In this document: positions 11,332-21,422 of the stretch, in pieces
Layout of the letters: every line of letters begins with the position of its first letter
Numbering within the stretch: position 1 is the first letter of the stretch
NCBI GenBank assembly: GCA_051294905.1
Contig: CM119381.1
Span: 12,462,001-12,526,000, forward strand
DNA from: Botryllus schlosseri
Taxonomy: Eukaryota
Direction of reading: 5' to 3'
DNA: 64,000 nucleotides
Notes under the pieces: model-generated
Told to the model about the DNA's origin: nothing
The model's database searches: none
What the model saw: only the letters and a program-made list of their open reading frames with translations
Program-made: the position numbers and the translations under genes

Positions 11332-12540
11332 CAGAGGTCTCAAACACGCGGCCCGCGGGCCGCATGCGGCCCTCCAGAGCATCTTGTGCGGCCCGCGACG
11401 ACATTTTAAGATTTTTAATAATTTGACAATATATACGTGTCACATATATCTTTTCAGGTTATAAAGTAAAAATTCCCTCTTAAATTGCTCCGAAAGCCTG
11501 AAACTATAAATCAAACTTCACTATCACATCTATTGCAAACGCTACCATACAGGGGAAGATTCACGATTCAAGATTCCAATTCATGGTGACAAAACCTGAC
11601 CCTTAGACGATTCGTGACTGAAATTTGTGAGTTGGAATTGGACGTGACCTTTCTCAGAATTACTCAGACTCGGACTAACTCGATGGCAAAATGAAAATGA
11701 CCCGAGTTGACTCGCAGTGACTCGGAATGCCGTGAATTTGTTAGAACCATGGACGCAACAAACTAATCGCATATCATGGGAATAGTAATAGATCAGAAGG
11801 TCGCAGCTTGGTATTTCGCTAACTAAGCAAGTAGTTATTGCAACCATGGGCAATCTGTTCGTTACATCTTTGGTCGCTAATCCATGTTATTAAGGCCACT
11901 TCAAGGTACCGAGTATACCGTAGTGGTACGCTCCAACGATATAACAACAATGGGCCGTTCGGCGTTCCGATAATTCAATCATCAAGACAAATTCATTAAT
12001 ATATTTATATTATATTTATATTTTTTCTGCTCCTGTATTTGAAGATATTTGGCCATGAGATTAATAGCCTACATATCAGACGTACACCCGAATCCTGGAT
12101 TGGAATTACAATGCTCAACCTAAAAATGTTTTGACATCAGATCAGTCTCTATTATCAATCTGTTAAATTCAAAATATTCATAGTAGCTGCAAAATTATAA
12201 CCCGATAGCTTTTATGATGGCATCATACATTTTTCCGGCCATAGGGTGTCTATATCTTATAATTAATATATATCAAGTGCAACAACAATTCTATTCAAAT
12301 AGTTATAAATGTGATGATTCTTTTCGTGCCAGGCCTAAATTGATACAAGAGTAAATCACATTTTGACGATGTTTGCTTACTGTCAGTCTGCTGGATCGTC
12401 TCACTTTCAATAGGACAATTCAATCCCGCCAAATAAGGCCTACTTGGAAAGACATAGAACACCCCTATAAGTGCTGCGGCCCGCGGCGTCGTCAAAACGG
12501 GAAAACTGGCCCGCGAGCACATTTGAGTTTGAGACCTCTG
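11332..12540 (+). mobile_element. Non-autonomous Charlie/Buster-type hAT (CAGAGGTCTCAAAC TIR), family A
   Basis: TIRs CAGAGGTCTCAAAC/GTTTGAGACCTCTG with GCGGCCCGCGGGCCGC subterminal palindrome; homologs at 22163-23767 and about 62260-63341; no TSD here. Confidence 0.88.
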
Positions 12541-13217
12541 GAGCGTAAGGGTTCGCCTGATAAGGAGAGGAAAATAATCTCCGATATAAAGCCATTTCAT
12601 GGGTATGTGGATATTTGTTGATGTAATAGGCCGAAAATAATTTCAGCGTGATGGCCACAGAAGGGAGAAATCGGAGTTACTAGATAAAATAGTAAGTAGA
12701 TCACAACTATTTTATTGAAATATGTCGCGTATATATTACATTCACGCTAAATCTCATACTTATTCATCAACTTGTAATTTCAGACTAGTCTGGAAGGCAA
12801 AATTGGCAAGCTGGTAATATGAGTTTCGATATTTGTTTTCAATTTAAAACAATATTGGCACTCTTAGGAAATCAGCCTGAAGCAAGCTAATGAGGATAAG
12901 AAAACCTTCGAGAGTCAGCTTCAGCAATTGGTAAAATTAATTTTTATAATTTTTCGTCCCATATCTCAGGGGCCAGATTTAAATAATGTGTTGAAATCAG
13001 GGGCCCTCACACAGGCTTTCTAGTTGTACGTCCAGCATTATGAATTGGTAACGGAATACACATCATACCAATTATTTTTCTAATGCCTCAAGGTAGACGA
13101 GCGTGATGGGAATTCTTTTTCAATTTTGTCAAAATTATTCATGCGTTAAGTCGGCATATGAATATTTTATGATTGCAGCTGCCTCGTATCCCACGAGATT
13201 AGCGCGGCCGTATAAGA

Positions 13218-13797
13218 GAGTGGTTCTCAACCGGCGTGACGCGGCACACTAGTGTGCAATTTACGTCTCGCAAGGGTGCCGCTAGAGATCTCTCCGAAAT
13301 TTTGAAATTTAAGTTACAATATGGCATCCTCTGTTGGGGAGCTGCTAGTGTTAGCGCACTGAAGCTACTGCAAAAACTACAACATCAGGTCCTCCGTATC
13401 ATAGCCAGGGCCATAATGTGACCAGGATGTGTGTCCAACAAATCATTGTTCAAAAGATTAGGTGTCCTAAACATATAAGATAGGCGGAAACTAGAAATTG
13501 ATAAGTTTATGTATCAGTTCCACTGCGGCCACTGCCCTGAAAACTTCAATGAGTTCTTTATCAAAAGTGCATAAGTAGTAAGTACGACACTCGCGCACGC
13601 GCATCCACATCCACGTCGTCCAACTACCATATGGTAGACAGAAAAGATCACGCGCCCTGCTTGTCGTAATCAAGAAAGAATGATATGCTGCGCCGAGGAA
13701 TACGACGACTTTCTATCAAGGCTTAGTGTTCTATATTCCCCGAACTATTTTTCATTTTCAAAGAGTGCCGCGAGTTCAAAAAGGTTGAGAACCACTG
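13218..13797. mobile_element. Charlie-type hAT MITE carrying a LINE fragment
   Basis: TIR (C/G)AGTGGTTCTCAACC; perfect 8-bp TSD GTATAAGA at 13210-13217 and 13798-13805. Confidence 0.9.
13315..13600 (+). pseudogene. Decayed CR1/L2-type RT C-terminal fragment inside the MITE
   Basis: One frame reads LQYGILCWG..LQKLQHQVLRII..*..SLFKRLGVLNI*..IDKFMY..CPENFNEFF, matching the YG..WG/LQ..RII/LF..L..L/FMY pattern of CR1/L2 ORF2 ends; in-frame stops. Confidence 0.75.
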
Positions 13798-13944
13798 GTA
13801 TAAGACAATACGTTACATTGGAAACCTACGTCACAAAACGCCCACCATTCAAACTTGGCTCTACCTCGCGAGACACAGGATGCACTGCATATATGATACC
13901 GCTTCAATAATATTTCTAGTTTATAATATGGGAATAGGCTATAT

Positions 13945-15824
13945 CAGTGCTTTTCAACCTTTTTTAGCTCCATTCGCACTTGAAAAAAATTCATTCGAAC
14001 CAGCCAGCCGGAATTTATTACACAAAAGCAAATGAAGAAACTTATTATCACTTTTGTATTAGAAGAGCTACTTGGATGTACAGAGCTACATTATTTTCCA
14101 TTCAGCGTATCGTATTATTGATTAATCAAGTACTAAAATCACTGCAGTAAGAAAATCACAGATATCGCACTCCCGTTGTTCTCGAGGTGTTCGTTGCATT
14201 TTCCGGGGGTATCGTGCAGTGATTTCCTTCGAAGCTAAAAGGGCGAACTTACGAACAATATTCACTCGCAACAATATCACTTTCCCACTAAATCGACAAG
14301 TTACGTCATCGCAATGTGACTGTGTTCGCATTTAGAACGCCCGAAAGAGTGAAATTGCACTTGAATCGTATAGCATCAATGTTGCGACTAGCACCTTTGT
14401 TTCATTTTCTGACAACATACCAAAAGATGCTTCACCGTACTAAGCTATGCTAGTCGATTGGATGGTAGGTGCCTACGAGGGCGTTAAAAACAGGAACGCA
14501 TTGCTCTACATTCTACAAATACAAACCCACACAATCCGAGTAATTGATGACGGTTATTTATGGATGCGCTTAGGCTTCATTCACTTCTTATCTATGTAAT
14601 AGACAAATCAACATATATTTCAAGAAAAACGTGCGGTATCCTTGTGGTTGTAAAAGTCAACACTTTCACCTTCTGGAATAACTATTACTTACAAAAGATT
14701 CATGATTAACATACAGTTATATCGGCTACGGTTTTCAACTCCGGGATGGCTCTAAGGGCAAGCGCACAATATTGGCAAACTGAGTGAAATAATGCGTAAT
14801 TATCTCTAATATCCGAAATATCCTTATACATAAAGAGGAATAAGTTTCAACAGTCTACTTATGCCTGAATTAGGCTGCTCACTGCTCAAGGTAAATCGGT
14901 AGAGTTCGTAATATTACAAAGTTTGTAGTATAAACAAAGGCGAAACGAATATGAACTAGGCAAATTTTTCTATGGATCAGCAACCTTAGTGGCATCACCA
15001 ATTTGTTGTATATAGGCTTATGCCTTAACGATCTCTAGACTCTGCCTGAGATCATCAGTCCAAGAACAGGAAAGCGTGTCTAAGCCTAAATGGTGTAGTT
15101 CGCATTACACAGAGGCTATTGCAATGGTCAGTAGATAAACTGCCCACTGCCCAGTGACCAAATAATTCGATGTAATACAAGATAAAGATAGGACGTAAGA
15201 AATCAATTGGCTTACTCCAATTTTATTTTTAACAGCCTCTAATACTTGGTTATAGGCACGCGAGCAAACAACACTTGTCACAGATCTAATGTGCTAATTA
15301 TTATTATAGTTAAAGAAAGTCGAAAGTGCCAACGGGATAAACGCAAAACCAACATGAATACGTGCAAAAATTTCAAGACTTTGCATTCAAATACGCCAAA
15401 TGTCAACACCGGTAACGGCTGCTATGCATACAATCCTACACGCACCGTACACGGCGGATGTTTCCGAACAACTGGTACCGATTCCACTACCTCTTTTTTT
15501 ATAGGCAGTGACGTAAACCTCCAGCGCGGAAAAACCTTTGCAATGTAAACGCATCGGGAGCGTTCCTCACTTGTGAACTAGAAAAGCGCAACCATACCTA
15601 CAAGTTTTTTAGAATTGCGTCCAAATGACAAAAGTTAAGGACTCACTGTACTTAATATCCTATTAAGCTTATTTGAACTATTCCACGCCCGAAAAAGAGA
15701 GAAATGTGGACAATTTTCGTTCGCACTCACCGACATTTTTCATTCGCACCGCGCTTGTCATTCGCCCTGAAATTTTTTTCATTCGCACAAGTTCGAACCG
15801 TCACACAGGTTGAAAAGAACTCTG
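13945..15824. mobile_element. Non-autonomous hAT element, 1.88 kb
   Basis: Imperfect TIRs CAGTGCTTTTCAACC / GGTTGAAAAGAACTCTG; perfect 8-bp TSD GGCTATAT; subterminal TTCATTCGCAC repeats. Confidence 0.85.
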
Positions 15825-15961
15825 GGCTATATGATTACGAACTTTATACGAAGTTTGTTCTTGAATCCGAGCTCACTAGACCCACTGGAGCGACGCGTAC
15901 GTCAACTGCAGGCTGAAATCCACTGTCTCTGTTAACCTCGGTATATTATTTACTTATTCAG

Positions 15962-16039
15962 AAGGAAGAAGCCGAGAAAACGCTTGTCACAACAGCAGCG
16001 ATAAAATCGTCCGAAGCTGAAGATATGAGAAAAGACTAC
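15962..16039 (+). CDS. Candidate exon of an unnamed coiled-coil gene (KEEAEKTLVTTAAIKSSEAEDMRKDY)
   Basis: Acceptor TTTACTTATTCAG, donor GTAAGA, 78 nt, phase 0-0, open, charged helical composition. Confidence 0.6.
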
Positions 16040-16151
16040 GTAAGATTTTGTGAGATGTCCGTATGTCTACCTACACTGTCGTGTTCAAACCTTTAAATAA
16101 CCGATGATACAATTTGTAATTTTTGATAGATCATCGGTGTCGACCAATGAC

Positions 16152-17744
16152 CAGGCCTGTTTATTTTTGGATTTCTCCAAAAATAACAAAAATAGCTTAG
16201 TTTTGGATGTTTTCAAATTTTATTTTTGGAGAATAATCTCCAAAAATAAGAAATGAAGGTGTTTTTAGGCCTAATACTACATGGAAAACTTCACCGAAAG
16301 TATGTTATTATCATGTATTCATGTTCTTCAACAATCGACATCATCAGTGATCTTGATCTAACTTTCTAATACTTTCATCACAAAGTCTTTGGCCTGGAGA
16401 ATGCCCTCCAAATAAAAATCAGTGGGTGACGCCCGGTAGAGACATTTCTCCCAGTTGATTTTCTGGAAATCGGCTTCGACCGTCGCAGTTTTGGGAAACA
16501 TCGAGCCATGTGGGTCCAAAGAACTGTCGCTCGTCAATAATGCGCTCGAAAGAGACGTCCATTTTGTATCGGACAGACATGGATTGGAATTGGTCTTCGA
16601 TATTCTGTATCTACTCAGGTATCCACTTGTTCAACAGCCCACCCCGGTGTTTGTCGATCAATTCACTGAGCTGCAAATAAAGTAGCTTATATATATGTAT
16701 CTCTCTTGTTTATATTATTAGAATCTAAAAGAGCAAGAAGTGTTTGTTCTGTCCTGCCTACGAGGTTGCACCACTTGGTTTGGTAGACAGGGCAGAACCC
16801 TTTCATTGTCGGCAACTTCAATTTTCTTTATGCCGTCGATGAGCCCAGCTATAAGACTCCTGGCTGCCTCGAACGTGGACTGCTTCTCTTCTTCGTCGAT
16901 ATTCTCGAGAAGGTCGAGGACTGCGCAGTCCACACTCTGATCCTCCACGAAATTGCGTGACTCAGTGAACTTGATAGTCCAGCACCCTCTGACCAGAGGA
17001 CCTTCCTGGCCGCGGGTGTCACTGTCCCAGTCCTTAGCTGGGCACCGAGCTCGAAGGCGTTCGACCAGGCGATGGAGCTCATCCTGATGCTCCACGATCA
17101 GATGGCCAAGTCCATGAATCTTTGTGACGGTAGTGCTCAGCTCTGTGGCCATGCGCTCGAGGACGATTAGTTGGATCCACTACTGCAGCGAAAGTGCACA
17201 GGCTGGACTTTTATCGTTTATAACCCCGAGGAGTTTGGTACGGTGTCTAGTCAACCAAGTGGTCATATTCTTAATTGACAACCAACATGTGTCTACAAAC
17301 TTGGGGCACATACTTTTCTTTTCCTGGATCAAGTCCTGTTGCCGTTGAAGGTAGCGATTCAGTCCCATCATCGTGTGGACGAATAAGTTATTGTTGTAGA
17401 GGTGGCGGTATTCGGCATGCGTTACAAGGTCCCGCCCGCACCACTCTCGCACGATTTCATACCATGCCGCCTTTTCAACCCTTGTCGTGTCGCCTCTGAT
17501 CCTTCCAGTGAGTGGAAGTACTCTTAGCGTTTCGGAGATCCCCTCCCGCACACACATGCTGTTTTTGTGTGTGTATGTGAGTTTCCTGGTTGTTTCAACA
17601 GTATTTACACTGCTATGACCCATGCATTTCACTAAAAAACTTGAAAAAACATCATCCAAAAAAGCTTATTTTTGGATGTTTTCAAATCTTATTTTTGGAG
17701 AATCTCCAATAATAAAACCCAATATCCAAAAATAAACAGGCCTG
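16152..17744 (-). mobile_element. Internally deleted DNA transposon with atypical hAT-like transposase remnant
   Basis: 20-bp TIR CAGGCCTGTTTATTTTTGGA; perfect 8-bp TSD CCAATGAC; subterminal TTATTTTTGGA/TCCAAAAATAA arrays; GC-richer coding core. Confidence 0.92.
16358..17540 (-). pseudogene. Decayed hAT-like (DDE) transposase, central and C-terminal part
   Basis: LTGRIRGDTTRVEK..WCGRDL..YLQRQQDLIQEKKSMCPKFVDTCWLS..SPACALSLQ*WI..VLPCLPNQVV..IQNIEDQF..FPKTATVEADFQKINWEK..YRASPTDFYLEGILQAK; stops, one frameshift and an AT-rich intron-like insert at about 16675-16755. Confidence 0.8.
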
Positions 17745-18202
17745 CCAATGACCCCTGAACTATTTAATTTAATCTGTCGTGTGTGCTGTTCATAACAGCA
17801 CAGCCTACATGAACGAAACAGCACCCTGTCAGGCCCCATCCTCACAAAGTTGGCCTTGGTCCTCCATGCGGTGTTCAACACAAGTTCTGGGAGGTGTAGC
17901 CCCGCCGACTTTTTTCTTTTACGCGACATATCGTCACTACGCTTTATGTATATATACGATTTACAAAACACACATTCTCTTCCCGGTATTAGGAGATTCA
18001 CGAACTTCGTTGGAATAGCTAACGGCGAATGCAAGATGTAGATGCCTATTTATTTATTTATCAGCATACTATCATACTATCATAAATGCGCATACTGTTA
18101 AACTATTTCTGTATAATATGCGTATTTTTTATTATCTTTTTAAATATTAACTCAAAAACTAGGCTGATTGTCATGGGTGGGGGCCGTATGGGGGGTCAAG
18201 AC

Positions 18203-18721
18203 TAGGGCTTGGCACAATGAATCGAGTACTCGAATCTGAATCGAGTATTAATTTTAATGATTCGAATCGAGCAGTAAAAAACGATTTTTTGAAGTATACT
18301 GAAATTAAACGCTCTTCGCCACTGAAAGTTAATTTATCAACGATAATTATAGTTTCGATACTAATTTTCCATGTTGTAGCCTTGAAACCTTGATTGGCCG
18401 CATCGTAGCATACGAAACAAATAGTACAAAGCTGCGACCGTTACTGGAAATAGTACATTTTATAAGTCTTGCTCATCCCACAACATTGTCACTAGGTGCA
18501 ATGAAATTGGTATGGTCGAAAAAATACCAAAGTATCTTTAATGTGACGGATAACTGGCATTATATTCTTTGTGGTGGCATAAAAGCTTCATATTTGAACT
18601 TTGACATATTACATTCTGTTATGACGTCATAATGAATGATACTCGATTACTCCACTCGACTCGAAGCATATTACGTGATTCAGAATCGAATCACTCAGGT
18701 ACTCGATTTTGCCCCGCCCTA
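18203..18721. mobile_element. hAT-like MITE (TAGGGC TIR, GAATCGAGT subterminal repeats)
   Basis: Imperfect TIR TAGGGCTTGGCA/TGCCCCGCCCTA; perfect 8-bp TSD GTCAAGAC; related TIR fragment at about 55250-55290. Confidence 0.88.
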
Positions 18722-18827
18722 GTCAAGACCAGCGTTATTCTGCGAGGGGGCCGACAAGTGCTCTTACAATCCTATGGGTATGTTACATCATACGCCACAA
18801 GAGTTGAGACTTTATTAAATATCAAAG

Positions 18828-18902
18828 GTGAGAAAGATCGAGAAAGATGAACAGACGATCCAAGACTTGAGATCAAAAGTTGCCAATCTGGAAAAGGAGA
18901 AG
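18828..18902 (+). CDS. Candidate exon of an unnamed coiled-coil gene (VRKIEKDEQTIQDLRSKVANLEKEK)
   Basis: AAG acceptor, GTATTT donor, 75 nt, phase 0-0, heptad periodicity; followed by a 62-bp GT..pyrimidine tract..CAG intron. Confidence 0.65.
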
Positions 18903-18964
18903 GTATTTCGCTAGTTGCATTAAGCATTCTCTTTCATTGCTCTATACTTCATTCTTCCATTCAG

Positions 18965-18994
18965 AGCCAGTTGACGTCACAACTCGACGAGGTG
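18965..18994 (+). CDS. Candidate micro-exon of the coiled-coil gene (SQLTSQLDEV)
   Basis: Strong acceptor CTTCATTCTTCCATTCAG, donor GTAAGC, 30 nt, phase 0-0; continues the heptad of the previous exon. Confidence 0.6.
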
Positions 18995-21422
18995 GTAAGC
19001 TCAGCGTTGTATTGCGTCGCATCTCGTTAATTCATATTGTGAAAATAGCAGATATATCCATATCTTCTTATAGCATGGTCATTGGTCATATCTGGTTGAT
19101 CATTGACAGAATGGATATGTAGTTTCGTTTACACCGGCACGTTTTTGTAAATGGGTGCCTATGATGCATCAGAAATCAACTTGCGGCATTGTGAGTTAAA
19201 GATTATCACCGGGTTCTGGTCGATTTTGGATTTCCTATTTCCAGAAACGATATTGAGATGTGAAATTAGTTTCAAATCTGTCCTGTTCGTGGTATTTATG
19301 ATCCACTCGGTGTAGAATTCAGCAAAGACGCGATGAGAGCGTTGGTTTCCACCAACAGCCGGCGCAATATTGAATTGGCTAAATCTAATCGCCCATAGTC
19401 AAACATAAAAACGCTTCCGTTCGATGATTTCGAAACGATAGGATGAAGAATATTATTGTAAGGCATCATTTACACTACACCATGCACTCTGGGAAATTAT
19501 GTTTTATACCAAGTTTTCAATAAATATCCACTAGTAAAGCCAGTGGTGTTAGGCCTAATCAATTATGCAGATAGAGAAATAGCAACACAATATTCCATTG
19601 CAGGACACCTCAAGAACTTGTTGGAGCACTATTCGAGAATGCTTCGGAACATGCTGTTGGCTTCGTCACTAATTGTATGCAGCATGGGTTATTTGGCATT
19701 CTGTCCTAGCCGTATAGGCCTATTTACCAATCATCATCTTACCTAAGCATTCTTATTATACGACATTTCAATTACCAAGGGACTTCATCATTGATTGCAA
19801 TATTACTACTGGACCGTCGGCCTAATCCACTGAAAAGGAACGAATATGAATTGCATATATATTTATATTTATTATTTTTAATGTCATTTCGAGGCCTACG
19901 ATAACTTACGACTTATCGTAGGCCCCAGTCTGTTGAACTATAGATTACTAACCTACGGATAGATACGCAAGTCCCGTCGTTACGCTCCGGCAAGCAGTTA
20001 CACTTATTGTTCAGCAATCTAAAAGCAGCATAATTGGTGGTGTTATAACTTGCGGCCTGAGAGGTGAAATTTAATGAAACTGGTCTTAATCGAGAGCTAC
20101 TGTCGCACTGATTCTGAGAATACAAATTAAAATCTTGTCAGGGAAATGGAACCGCGTCAAAACATCCCTCAAAGTCTGAAAATCGGCATAGGTTAGTAAT
20201 CTATAGTTGAACAGATGAACACTTAATTATGCTTCTGTTTCGTCACAAAGACCAATTTGATTTCCAGTCTTTAGTTTTTTGGTATATCTAGTGCTGTATA
20301 GAATTGGGAATCTAATCCTCCTGTGAGGATTTCAACATTGAGTGAAACCAAAATCATCGTATATCTGCATGATCTCAGCCAAGATGTCGGCGAGCAAGGA
20401 GACTTTTAGAATCATCATTCGGGCGATGTTTTTACCTAAAAAACGGAAGAATTTTACCTAAAAAGTCAAAATTTTGACATTTCATTACCTTAATTATGAC
20501 AACCTTTTGACCTCATTTATGTAAATGAGGTGTTTTCGCACACGAAATCTGGACCTATGAAGAATTCCAGTATAGTTACATCACGCATTAGGTAGAAGTA
20601 ATTAGAATTTGTGTTAATACAACAGAAGATACTTTCCTACATTCTCGGGTAGAAAGTGTCTGTCCTTACCGAGTAGCTTGCGAAGAATGGAGAAAGAACG
20701 TTAAACAGCAGCAGTTGTTGGCTGGCAACACTGAAGTTGGGCGTACACTGACACACCGACATCGTGTTGCTTTATTCTGACAATGTTGTGTACACCACAA
20801 CTTTTCATCATGCGCTTCTTGATAAAGAAGCAATGCCCACGCAGTCTTGCTTCAGTTACGAAATAGCGGTACGTTTAGCATTACCATGTCAACATAGGCT
20901 ATTTGTTTTATTCGACCGTTTATGATTCACAAGGAGCAGACAATGAGCCGTCTACAACGTTAGGCGTATAAAGTAGGCTACAAGCTGTAAAATGTCTAAT
21001 GATAAGTACACAGTGCAAACATCTACGATACAAACGAAATGCGGGTTGCAAAGTTATTTTGAGTTTGTAAACAATTTTGACAATTTTTTGACAACGCTAC
21101 AATTTTGACAAAATTCTGACTTATTTTCACATTTCACAAAAAATCGCCCAGATCATCATGTTATTGACAAATGACAATCCGTCAGTTCAGAAAAATATGA
21201 GATCGCAATGCGATGAATGACACAGAAAGGAGTCGTAAATAAACATAAAAATGAATGTTTATTTCAAATCCGTGTGAATTCTATTCCAATAAAGATAGCT
21301 ATAGTGAACAGAGGTTCTTCGGATCTCCCTGACAGAACCTATAGAGCAGGGATTCTCAACCCGCGGCCCGCGACATCTTTCTTTATAAACGCAAATATAC
21401 TATATACTGGCACTGTATTGTT

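Larger units (their letters stand above)
9918..12967 (+). repeat. Diverged about 430-bp direct repeat: copy 1 at 9918-11305 (split by MITE 10114-11063), copy 2 at 12543-12967
   Basis: Colinear similarity from AAGGGTTCGCCTG(G/A)TAAGG through GAAGCAAGCTAATGAGGATAAGAAAA to CATATCT in both copies. Confidence 0.85.

Noticed and set aside
17993-18037. Exon-like segment EIHELRWNS*RRMQD with AG/GT boundaries
   Set aside because: In-frame TAA in the only frame compatible with the neighbouring phase-0 exons; no support for readthrough or a variant code, since Cbl uses the standard code.
20386-20462. MSASKETFRIIIRAMFL as a mariner transposase N-terminus
   Set aside because: Frame closes after 26 codons; no TIR or downstream DD34D sequence seen.
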